A stretch of DNA of 35,677 bases from Amoebidium appalachense (GCA_963693365.1 CAVNZM010000001.1:568597-604273); one strand, 5' to 3'; shown: positions 24,633-35,197, numbered from the stretch's first letter. The notes: generated by a model not told the origin, from the sequence alone. Numbers and translations: made by a program.

Positions 24633-26007
24633 CGTGCATGTTTCCCTTGTGCACTTGTGTGGCTGTGCACTATATGGCAAGGCTAGTGTGTAGGGGTGTT
24701 TGTGTATTTGTGTGTTTATAGCACGGAACGCTTGCTAAACGATCCCTTCCCAGACTGTTACGAAACACACGCACACACAAATACTCAACCACAGGAACAG
24801 CCATCGCACACACGTGTACACATGCAAGATATACGGAAGCACACACCCGACAGCAGCTCTTCAAACATTCATTTCCACACACAAGCACACTCCATTTACA
24901 ACTACCTGGTCCTCCAGGTGTGTGCCGATGTACACATCCACATGCAGTGGGTAGTCAGTTGAATGCTTGAGTGCTCCGACTGTACGGAAGATGTATCGTT
25001 CCTCTCTTGGTACCGACATCATGGCAACCGTTATGTTGCGCCAGTTTTTGGTTTGAGGCCGAGGAAACTCTCCAACCAGGCTTTGATCAAGGATTTTATC
25101 GGAGTGTGGCGTTAAGAATTTTTCTTGATGTTGAGATGAATTTTGTCCTTCTTTCCCAATTGTTTCAAACGAACCATTTTTTCTTTGCTGCAGTTGTGTG
25201 CCTTCATGTGTGCGCGCCTCTACTGACGCCGCACTGAGTAGTGAGCCATTCTCATTTCCGTAGCCTAAAGAACGGCGTAGCCGGACAGCTCTGCAAGGGA
25301 TGGCCAATTAGTTAGAGTGAATAAGCTCGCAATAGTTGGGTGGACTGAGGAGCAGTGTTTGTGCAACTTGATCTCTAAACTGCTGAAACCGTGCATTTAA
25401 GTTTTGCTTTGCAACCTGAAATGCTTACCATACTGGTGGCTTACACCACAGTATAAGCTACGCAAGATCACTTGTGTCTTACCTTAGATTACCAGGGTCG
25501 TTTTTTAGCAGGCCTAGTGTTCCACTGATGACCGCAAAAGCTGCCGTGACTACAAGTGCCCATGGAAGTAAGCGTACGAGGCAGCGAAACGCCCGTGGGT
25601 TAAGGATACGTCTCCACCGGCTCATCCTGGCCTACCTCCGCATCATAGTGGGCATAGTGGGCTCAAGATGCTTGGTACATGTGCACCCCGTGGCAGTTCC
25701 GTTGCCAGGTCACAAGTTCCGAACTTCGATCGACGTCTGTCGGGGCGCTGCAGCAGTCATTGGTCAGAAAGGATTTGAGGTCACGTGACCGAGAGTTTGG
25801 GGCCCAACTTTGGGCCCGTCCTGTGCACCCGGTTTGCATGCAAGAATCGGTGGAACCCTTCTGAAGGCCCAAACGATCGGTCACGATTCCTTTGCAAACC
25901 GGAATGTCACTTGAACCAAAGACGTCTGAACCTGTGATGTGTTGATGCAGCAGAGATTACAATCCCACACGACCACACAACACGCGACACGCGTGTGAGT
26001 GATATGG

Positions 26008-26009
<2 letters not shown>

Positions 26010-26070
<61 letters not shown>

Positions 26071-26137
26071 GTGTGTGTGGGTGTGTGTGTGTGGGGGGGG
26101 GGGGTGGCATTGTGTGCCCTTGTGGGGTTCGTGAGTG

Positions 26138-26172
<35 letters not shown>
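26010..26172. repeat. (GT)n microsatellite plus long G tracts
   Basis: Directly visible. Confidence 0.9.
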
Positions 26173-26173
<1 letters not shown>

Positions 26174-26425
26174 TAATAAACAATAACCCCAATTTGTCTG
26201 AGCTTAGATTTAGTTAGATATAGCCAAAACCAGAAATGCCGTGCCCACTGAGCAATTTGACACGTCCCACCTTCCGTAAGTTCTCCTACCTCCCTTTCCC
26301 CTTTGATTTCACACTTCCCACTGCAGAAATGCAGGCATCCTCCGTCCCCCCCCCCCCCCCCCCCCCCCCCCTCTCCGCCTCTCAAAAATCTCCCGGTCAT
26401 CATGGTATTGAGTTATCCCTCTTCC

Positions 26426-27227
26426 TGTCATCTTCCCATGATTATCGGCAAGACTTAGAAGTTGAGTTTTATATATGTTTATTAGGTTGTTGTAGTTTGT
26501 TTCCTTTTCCCTTTTCCCTTCTTCCTTTCTTTCTTTCTTTCCTTTCTGTTTCCGTGTACACCGATATCTTAGATCTGTGTACACATCGAGATATTTAGCC
26601 CGCGCACACGTATTGTCGTTTGTGTCAATGTCTAAATATGTGGTCCAATCAGATCTCGTTGTATTTTCCCAAATATAGTAACCTACATTCCTCATTAATT
26701 CTATCCGATTCCTTTCTCATTCCATTCATTTCTATCCTCATTCCTTTTCCTTCTATTCCCACAATGTAGCATTGTTCTATGTTTCCCAACTATTAGGAAT
26801 ATTTATATTTGGACGTGTTATGTTAAGAACATGTATAAATATATGATGTGAACTAATAGATACATAAGTGGTTTCATTTTGTTAAATGTTTCCGTGCTTT
26901 TATTAGAAGATTACTTTCATTAGAGGATTGCGTTTTATCTTCTATGTGTCGACAGGCATTTCGATCAATTTATTTTACCCTCATAGTTTTCGTCTTTCTA
27001 ATTGGAAAATAGAGTTTTCGTTCTTTTGATTGGTTTATCGATTTCACATTCCTGAGTATAAAAGGAACTTCATATTGAAATAAATATCAAGCAGTCGAAA
27101 TCATTTCCTATGGCCCCAGTAATCGTTCCACCTCTCCGGTTGTGTTTCTCCCGTGTGTCTCTGTGTTGTGTATAACATAACACCCATCTGTGCACTCTGC
27201 TTCCCCGTTTACCCACACAAAACAAGG
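26426..27227 (+). mobile_element. solo LTR, family Y
   Basis: Starts TGTCATCT; flanked by CTTCC on both sides (26421-26425/27228-27232); the 3' end is slightly altered (…AAAACAAGG). Confidence 0.8.
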
Positions 27228-27998
27228 CTTCCCGGCTCTATTCTATGGATTGACTATTCACTTCCCCCCCACTCCCCCCCTTCCTCCCCCACCAAGTACT
27301 TCTGTAAGTATTTGTGCCAAACAAATTCTATGATTCTCTCTTAGGGAGCTTCCGCATGCTCAGTGTGTGTGTATGTGCGTGTGTCTCTGTGTCTGTGTGA
27401 GCGTGTGTGTGTGTGTGTGTGCGCGCTTGCTGTGTGCGTGTGGGCATCAGGCATTGGCTGTGTGAATTGTCACTGTTGTGGCAAGGTCTGGTATACTTGC
27501 TGTACGTACTAGTGTGCGCCGACGACGTTTCGTGTCGTCTGTGTTGTGTAAATGCACGTATGCGCGCACCACTTCTCCCCAACTACCAGCTTCTTCTCTT
27601 CAACACACTCGTGCGGAAAATGGTTATCGTGATAAGGCTTTTTGGTTGCTCCATGATGCTCATTGTGAGCGTGCGCGTGTGTGTGAACTTGTGCGGGCGC
27701 GCGCGCGTGCGTGTGTCAGGCGGTGTGCATGCACGTGCACGCGTGTGCTGCGAGTCACAGTGGGCTTGTGACTTGTGTGCCCCAGTGATTTTGTAGGCGT
27801 GCGTGCAACGCAGCGCTAGCATGGTTGGTGATGTCACTTGGGGCCTGATGTTTGTGTAAGTGTGCACACCACGGTCTGTGTGCTGCCTCTCTTCTGGCTC
27901 TTTTTTTTTTTTTTACAAAGTGAGAGCGTGTACACAACTGTTTGTGTGTGTATGTACACGTGAGCTGTGTGCGCCAGTCCCCCCCCCCCCCCCCCCCC

Positions 27999-28522
27999 TG
28001 AAAGACGACAAGCGTCTCAACTACTTTGAATGGGAGCCCCTCATTCACCGCTTCATCCGAACCACCATTGCCGAGAAATTCGTCGACGCCATCAAGGCAC
28101 CACAGTGGGTTGACGGCTCCAACGCCAACCAGTGGCAAGGCTACGGCACCAAGGACGCCTACAAGAAAGCTTCCGACGTCCTCGACCAAATTCTCAGCCA
28201 GTCCGTTCATCCTACAGAGCTCTACGACTCTGGCCGCATGCAAGACGGTGTTAACAGTGGGGAAGTCTTCCATAACCTGCGTATGGCTTATGTGGCAGAG
28301 AAGGAGGCTCGCGTCACTCAAATTCAAGTCACCTACGAGGAGCTTGAACTACGAGACCTCCCCAACGTCACAGCGTACCTCACCCGTCTCCAACATCTGG
28401 CTACGACCCTTGCCTGCCTCGACAAGCCCGTCCAACACAAGGATGTCATACGCAAGTTCTTCCTTCACCTACGCAAGAACACCGCCCTAGTCTGCACTGA
28501 CATTGAACGTCTTTGCTCCGAC
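27999..28522 (+). pseudogene. gag: copia gag fragment, truncated by an LTR
   Basis: KRLNYFEWEPLIHRFIRTTIA…YEELELRDLPNVTAYL aligns with the gag at 30307, which leads into a knuckle and protease. Confidence 0.8.
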
Positions 28523-29529
28523 TGTTGTAATACGTAGTATTTACATAATGTAAGATCTTCTCAGTTCGTGCCGTGTTATGTTTTTATTCATTTACTTAGT
28601 GAAAAAGATGTGCTCCTTGTACGTAAATTATGACATCGATCTCCAGTGTGTTTGAGTACTTGTAATCGTGTTGTGTCGGCTATATTCGTGTGTTTAGATA
28701 TCGATTACAGCAACTGATTATAGGTACACGAGTCTACCCAGTGAGGGAGAAACGTGTACATATTTATATGTACATGAATATCTTCGGTTACAACTGTGTT
28801 TTCATGTTCGTGTTTTCTGTCCTGCTTCCTTTTTTTTTTTCCTCTTTCTTCTTCTTTCTTTTCTCTTTCTTTCTTCTCTTGTTTCCTTTCACATAATTAT
28901 ATTTCTTTCTCACTAATATATGTTGAGTAGATTTATATTACTCGTTATGTTTTGATTGGTAGAAAAACACTTAGGTTACACTTTAGCTTGTCATGTATGA
29001 TCCATAGCTTAGTCAACCACTTTTGTTTTGTGTGTTGCCGTACTATATCCAATCAGTGGACTTAGTCAGAAAATGTCTGAGTCTTTGTAGCCGGTGATAG
29101 GTTAGAAACATCACCTCTTTCCTCGTTACTTTTCACCTCATTTCTTTCTTATGGCTGTGACCTATGGTGTGCGTTCCTGTGTCTCCAGATCTATCCGGGA
29201 AACACAAACTTCAAAGTTTTAAGTGGGGATGTTGTAATACGTAGTATTTACATATTCCGGATCTATCCGGGAAATAATCAATTGTGATTGGTTATTTTAG
29301 ACATAGATCTGATTTCCGACCAGTCGGAAATCATGTATGGATTTGACTTAAGGGAATTTCAGGTATTTATGCGAGATCAAAATAAATTGAGTTCAGTCGT
29401 GTCTAAACATTGATGTCTGTTGTGTACACTGCTCCGATCGTTCCGTGTTTTGTTGTTGTGTGTCTGTGGTGTTTTCACACTGCATCACTGTGTCTCTGCT
29501 TCCATCCCAAATACTTATACAATTTTACA
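28523..29529 (+). mobile_element. copia LTR, X-related subfamily, with an internal PPT+LTR-start insertion
   Basis: TGTTGTAATACG…ACAATTTTACA. The 3' ~250 bp are near-identical to family X and the 5' part has diverged. Confidence 0.85.
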
Positions 29530-29558
29530 GGATATGGGCCCAGCACGCTTCCACTGCG
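29530..29558 (+). other. 29-nt antisense copy of the tRNA-iMet 5' half (D arm to anticodon arm)
   Basis: GGATATGGGCCCAGCACGCTTCCACTGCG is the reverse complement of CGCAGTGGAAGCGTGCTGGGCCCATA(A>T)CC, the animal-type initiator tRNA sequence. Confidence 0.85.
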
Positions 29559-30188
29559 TATTTCTGTTTGCTCTCCTCTGTTTATCTGAGAGGTAGCGTG
29601 ATTGGCTAGCTACATTCGTTGTCTTTCTTTTATTTCAAAGTGGCTTAGTTCTTTTCTCAATAGGATGGCTCGCCAATAGTCGCGAGCGAGTACATCTGTA
29701 GATCGTGTTGTGCATTCCTGTCAATAAATATATGTGTTGTGATTGGACAATAGATACATATGGAATTCGGTTTATTGCAATGTGTCTTCACTTTGAGAGT
29801 GTCGACTGTTAGGAAATATATGTATTTAAATGAGTTTCTTTATAGAGACGAGTATAAATATGCAGTAATAGTGACAAGATATATAATTACTTAATTTATT
29901 TAAGTAAGAGTTTCTAAACTTTAGTTAAGTCGGAAGTTGGAATGCGTATGCTCTGTCGGAATGTGTTTTTCTATCTTCTGATAGAACCGATTGGTTCTCC
30001 CCTTTAGTTGTGATAAGCTGATAAGTCGCAAGCACAAAAAGAACCGAGAGCACAATAAACGATCAGTTGTTGTTTGAAATCTTTCAATGTCTCGTGAACA
30101 ACTCCGATTGCCCCCTCTTTATTGTGTTGGTCGTGTTTTGCATGACACCTCTGTGCACTCTGCTCCCTTAGACCCGTACAAAACAACA
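29559..30188 (+). mobile_element. 5' LTR (family W; left end uncertain) of the copia element at 30307
   Basis: Ends AAAACAACA, followed by a PBS and gag; homologous to 7180-7815. Confidence 0.75.
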
Positions 30189-30213
30189 GGTTAAAGGCCC
30201 ATTTTTGCACGCT
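30189..30213 (+). promoter_or_regulatory. split half-tRNA-iMet PBS
   Basis: GGTTAAAGGCCCA-TTTTT-GCACGCT versus the tRNA complement GGTTATGGGCCCA-GCACGCT. Confidence 0.7.
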
Positions 30214-30807
30214 GTCGCAACACATTCTCTCGCTGCAATCGAAAATACTCAAATTTGAATACCGATTTGATTCCTCTCTCGCGCATCATCTGACTGATTG
30301 ATCACCATGTCGAAGAAACCTGCGTACCTCAACCTCACCCCCTGGAAAGGGGAGGACACCACGGACAAGAAGTCCGGCAAACGTCTCACCTATTATGAGT
30401 GGGAACCCGTCATCTTCCGGTACCTACGTACTACCATCGCGGCCAAGCTAGTGCCCGGCATCAAGGCCCCCGAGTGGGTCGATCCTTCCGACGAGAACGG
30501 GTGGCATGGCTATGACACTGAGGAGGCCTACACGGCGAGGCTTCCAACTTCCTTGAACAGATGTTTACTCAACGCGTCTCCAATGATAAGCTGTATAACT
30601 CTGGTCAAATCCACGATGATGTGTCACCTGCCCAAGCTTTCCACAACCTCCGTATGACCTATGCGGCTGAACGTGAAGATCGTGCTCGTCAAATCCTCCT
30701 CGACTACTATGAGCTTGAACTCAAGGACTGTTGGAAGATGGTATCGTTATCCAGTCCGATCGCATGAATCAGATCATGATCGGCTGGTGGCCTGCGAGAT
30801 CTTAACC

Positions 30808-30880
30808 GATCTCGTAGCTCAGTTGGTAGAGCACTCGACCGGAGATAGAGGGGTCGCGGGTTCAAATCCCGTCGGGATCA
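30808..30880 (+). tRNA. 73-nt tRNA-like cloverleaf, anticodon GGA, Phe-like type I body
   Basis: Acceptor GATCTCG/CGGGATC; D arm GCTC-AGTTGGTA-GAGC; anticodon arm CTCGA-CCGGAGA-TAGAG (G30.A40 mismatch, C33); variable loop GGGTC; T arm GCGGG-TTCAAAT-CCCGT; A73; then TCTTTTT. Confidence 0.75.
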
Positions 30881-31177
30881 TCTTTTTCTCATCCTCTTCT
30901 CGCTGGGGTAAAAGCCAGCACGCCTTTACTGGCGTCATCACAACCATCGGCAGTGGTTAGGTTGTGATCTCAAGGCTAGCAAGACCGCTAGTCTCTCCAC
31001 CAGGACAAAATCCAAAATGGTAGCATGAACAGGGGTTCAGTGGGGACTGAGGGGGCAGTCCACCCTAACCTGATTCTGCGATTCATCCTGAGTGGGGATG
31101 TTGGAAGATGGTATCGTTATCCAGTCCGATCGCATGAATCAGATCATGATCGGCTGGTGGCCTGCGAGATCTTAACC

Positions 31178-31250
31178 GATCTCGTAGCTCAGTTGGTAGA
31201 GCACTCGACCGGAGATAGAGGGGTCGCGGGTTCAAATCCCGTCGGGATCA
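31178..31250 (+). tRNA. tRNA-like element in TRIM LTR (GGA)
   Basis: Identical to 30808-30880. Confidence 0.75.
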
Positions 31251-32479
31251 TCTTTTTCTCATCCTCATCTCGCTGGGGTAAATGCCAGCACGCCTTTACT
31301 GGCGTCATCACAACCATCGGCAGTGGTTAGGTTGTGATCTCAAGGCTAGCAAGATGGCTAGTCTCTGCACCAGGACAAAATCCAAAAAAGACTTCAAGAC
31401 CGTCACACCCTACCTCACCATGGCACGCCGTCTGTGCACTACCCTGCACATCCTCAAAGAGCCCATCCCTCACAAGACCATGGTTGATACCTCCTTGATC
31501 CACCTCAAGAAGAACCGTAAGTTAGTTTGTTCCGACATCCAGGCCATGATTGCCGACTACTTCCGTTGTAACATCAGCTACGAGAACTACAACCGTCTAA
31601 TCAGTGACATCCGAGCTGCAGAGATCCGTGAAGGTCTCATCGACTCTGGGTCCGGGTCCTCCTCCTCCGTCCGAACAGCACGTGCCCTGCAAAGCCGTGT
31701 TCTCACCAAGGACGACCTCCGACACCGGATCCCCCGATGTGACAGCTCCGTCTCCCGTCACCCCCGTGGTCGTCCCACCGATCGATCCCCCTCAGTTGAC
31801 CATGATTACTCCCGGTCCCGTTCCCCCGGCCATCGTTCCCGGTCACCCCCCCCCCCCCCCCCCCCCCCCCCCCGTAAAGCGGGTAACCGTCATCATCAGC
31901 CATCCTGAGCCAAGACCACTGGCTCCCTCGACTGTGCCTACTGTCATGAGGACCATCATGTCACACAGTGTGATAAACCTGGCTGCTCAATCGCCCGTCG
32001 TCACCGCGCCAGCACCAAGTCTGGTAAAGAGGTGCATTTTGCCCTCGTATCCACCACGGCCTCCCTACCCATGGACCCCTGCTGGGACTCGGCTTCAAAC
32101 GTCCATGTGTGCCCAGTAAAGGAGTACTTCTCTACTCTTAAGCCGTGCCCCCCGACCGACGTCCACGGCCTCGGCATCGTCACTGCACATCACCGTGGTG
32201 TCACCAACCTGGCTGTCACCTACAACGGAGTAACATCAGTACTAAGCCTCAACACCCTCTATGTACCCGACTCCCCAGCCTTCCTTATTTCCCCCTCAAT
32301 GGCCTCCAAGTCGGGTCTCCTTGCCCACCTCGATGATGCGGATGAATTCCTCTCCTACCTCTACACTCGTGGTGGCAACATCGTGTGTTCCCTCTGTTGG
32401 AAGATGGTATCGTTATCCAGTCCGAATCGGATCGCATGAATCAGATCATGATCAACTGGTGGCCTGCGAGATCTTAACC

Positions 32480-32552
32480 GATCTCGTAGCTCAGTTGGTA
32501 GAGCACTCGACCGGAGATAGAGGGGTCGCGGGTTCAAATCCCGTCGGGATCA
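32480..32552 (+). tRNA. tRNA-like element in TRIM LTR (GGA)
   Basis: Identical to 30808-30880. Confidence 0.75.
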
Positions 32553-32849
32553 TCTTTTTCTCATCCTCTTCTCGCTGGGGTAAAAGCCAGCACGCCTTTA
32601 CTGGCTTCATCACAACCATCGGCAGTGGTTAGGTTGTGATCTCAAGGCTAGCAAGATCGCTAGTCTCTGCACCAGGACAAAATCCAAAATGGTAGCATGA
32701 ACAGGGGTTCAGTGGGGACTGAGGGGGCAGTCCACCATAACCTGATTCTGCGATTCGTCCTGAGTGGGGATGTTGGAAGATGGTATCGTTATCCAGTCCG
32801 ATCGCATGAATCAGATCATGATCGGCTGGTGGCCTGCGAGATCTTAACC

Positions 32850-32922
32850 GACCTCGTAGCTCAGTTGGTAGAGCACTCGACCGGAGATAGAGGGGTCGCA
32901 GGTTCAAATCCCGTCGGGATCA
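32850..32922 (+). tRNA. tRNA-like element in TRIM LTR (GGA; two stem-breaking substitutions)
   Basis: T3>C and G51>A relative to 30808. Confidence 0.65.
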
Positions 32923-33256
32923 TCTTTTTCTCATCCTCTTCTCGCTGGGGTAAAAGCCAGCACGCCTTTACTGGCGTCATCACAACCATCGGCAGTGGTT
33001 AGGTTGTGATCTCAAGGCTAGCAAGATCGCTAGTCTCTGCACCAGGACAAAATCCAAAACCCTCACAGGCAAAGATGGACTGTACTTCATCACCGACTAT
33101 GAGATTCGTCCCTCCATCCCTCGGTCTGTTACTGCCCTGGTTGCCAACGTCAAGGTCAACAATGATCCCCAGCTCTGGCACCACCGTCTCGGCCACCGTG
33201 CCCTGTCCACCCTCACCAAGATGTGAGAGGTGACCTCGTGACAGGCCTTCCCTCAT

Positions 33257-33997
33257 TGTCATCTTCCCATGATTAACGGCAAGACTTAGAAGTTGAGTTT
33301 TACATTTGTTTATTAGTTTGTTGTTGTTTGTTTCCTTTTCCCTTTTCCTTTCTTTCTTTCTTTCCTTTCCGTTTCCCGTGTGCACAAATATCTTTGATCT
33401 GTGTGCACCTCGAGCTATTTAGCCCGCGCACACGTATTGTTGTTTGCGTCAATGTCTAAATAAGTTGTCCAATCAGATCTCGTTATATTTTTCCAAATAC
33501 AGTAACCTACATTCCTCATTAATTCTATTCGATTCCTTTCCCATTCCATTCCTTTCTATCCTCATTCCTTTTCCTTCTTTTCCCACGACGTAGCATTGCT
33601 CTATGTTCCCCAACTACTAGGAATACTTATATTTAGACGTGTTATGCTAAGAACATGTATAAATATATGATGTGAACTAATAGATACATAAGTGGTTTCA
33701 TTTTGTTAAATGTTTCCGTGTTCTTATTAGAAGTTTCTTTCATTAGAGGGTTTTGCGTTTTATATTCTATGTGTCGACAGACATTTCGATCGATATATTT
33801 TACACTCATAGTTTTCGTCTTTCTGATTGGAAAATAGAGTTTTCGTTCTTTTGATTGGTTTATCGATTTCACATTCCCAAGTATAAAAGGGACTTCATCT
33901 TGGAATCAATATCAAGTAGTCGTATTCATTTCCTATGGTCCCAGAAATCGTTCCACCCCTCCGGTAACCGTTGTGTTTCTCCCGTGTGTCTCTGTGT
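33257..33997 (+). mobile_element. LTR family Y, 3'-truncated
   Basis: TGTCATCTTCCCATG start; homologous to 6259 and 26426. Confidence 0.85.
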
Positions 33998-34299
33998 AAT
34001 AGTTGGAGAACATAGCACAATGCTACGTCGTGAGAAAAGAAGGGATAGGAATGGGAAGGAATGTAAGTTACTATGTTTGGGAAAATACATGATTGGATGA
34101 CATATTTAGATATTGACACAAACGACAATACGTGTGCGCGAGCTAAATATCTCGATATGTACACAGATCTAAGATATCGGTGTACACGGAAATAGAAAGG
34201 AAAGAAAGAAAAGGAAGAAATGAAAAGGGAAAAGGAAACAAACTACAACACATTAATAAACAAATATAAAACTCAACTTCTAAGTCTTGCTGAGAATCA
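33998..34299 (-). mobile_element. inverted partial LTR, family Y
   Basis: Reverse complement of the 5' part of family Y. Diagnostic bases resemble the 26426 copy more than the adjacent copy. Confidence 0.8.
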
Positions 34300-35197
34300 T
34301 GTTGTAACACGTTATATTTACATATGGTAAGATCTTCTCAGTTTGTGTTATGTTTGAGTTCATATGCTTAGTGTAAATGCCACACTCCTATTATGTAAAG
34401 TGTAGCATCGATCTCCGATATGCTTGTATACTTGTAATCGTGTTGTATCGGCATTAATTGTGTATTGTAATATCGATTAGAATATTTATATGTGTGTACA
34501 CGGATCCACCCACTCAGGGAGAGACGTGTACATGTTCGTGTGTACATAAAGATCTCTAGTTATAGTTATACTATTACTATCTTGTTTGTTGATCTGTGCT
34601 CTCTTTTCCTTTCTTTTTCTCCTTCCTTATTTTCTTTTCTTTCTCTCCTTGTCTTCATGTGTATAAGTGTATTTCTTTTCTACTAATATATGTTAGGTAG
34701 ATTTGTGTTACTTAATATGTGTTGATTGGACGGACAGTAACACACTTAGGCTACACTTAGAATAGCATGTGTGTTTAGACTTCATTAATTTACTTTAGTT
34801 TTCATGTGTTGCCGGGCTTTAACCAATCATCAAGGTTAAGTGTGATTTGTCTGAGTCTTTGCAGTGTGTCATAGGTTAGAACTTCCTTGATGATGACACG
34901 AGTTGATCTTAACTAGTGTCTGTGTCCTATCGTGTACGTCTCCGCGTACCAGATCTCTCTGAAAGCAATTGGTTCTTAGTGATTGGTTTCTATTAGAGAT
35001 AGATCTGATTTCCGACTGGTCGGAAATCATGTATGCTTTAGACTTAGAGGAATTTCAGGTATTTATTCGAAGATCAGAATAAATTCAGTTCAGTCGTGTC
35101 TAAACATTGATGTCTGTTGTGTACACTGCTCCGATCGTTTCGTGCTTTGTCGTTGTGTGTGTCTGTGGTGTTTTCACACTGCACCACTGTGTCTCTG
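34300..35197 (+). mobile_element. LTR family X (TRIM-free, lacking the last ~30 bp)
   Basis: Starts TGTTGTAACAC; near-identical to 3547-5097 minus the TRIM. Confidence 0.85.

Larger units (their letters stand above)
30729..31387 (+). mobile_element. tRNA-carrying TRIM, copy B (LTR 30729-31017, internal 31018-31098, LTR 31099-31387)
   Basis: 289+81+289 bp; TSD AGGAC/AAGAC (one mismatch); PBS and PPT as in copy A. Confidence 0.95.
32395..33059 (+). mobile_element. tRNA-carrying TRIM, copy C (LTR 32395-32689, internal 32690-32770, LTR 32771-33059)
   Basis: Perfect TSD CCCTC (32390-32394/33060-33064); the host frame rejoins (IVCSL|TGKDGLY). Confidence 0.95.
30307..33256 (+). pseudogene. gag-pol: copia gag-protease-pre-integrase, interrupted by two TRIMs and truncated by a family-Y LTR
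   Basis: gag MSKKPAYLNLTPWKGE…; the frame rejoins across TRIM B (ELELKD|FKTVTPYL); knuckle CAYCHEDHHVTQC at 31933-31971; protease CWDSASNVHVC; GLY…LWHHRLGH at 33173-33196. Confidence 0.9.

Noticed and set aside
25663-25884. Protein kinase remnant (RDLKS)
   Set aside because: No HRD histidine, catalytic Asn, DFG or APE in frame.
30729-31017. Hammerhead ribozyme (retrozyme) in the TRIM LTR
   Set aside because: No CTGANGA…GAAA core with suitable stems was seen in the LTR.
31018-31035. TRIM supplying its own primer tRNA
   Set aside because: The carried tRNA's 3' end would need the PBS TGGTGATCCCG; the actual PBS is TGGTAGCATGA (only TGGT is shared).
30661-31330. ~100-aa ORFs repeated across the TRIM copies
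   Set aside because: They are incidental translations of structured RNA; indels in copy A break them and starts differ among copies.
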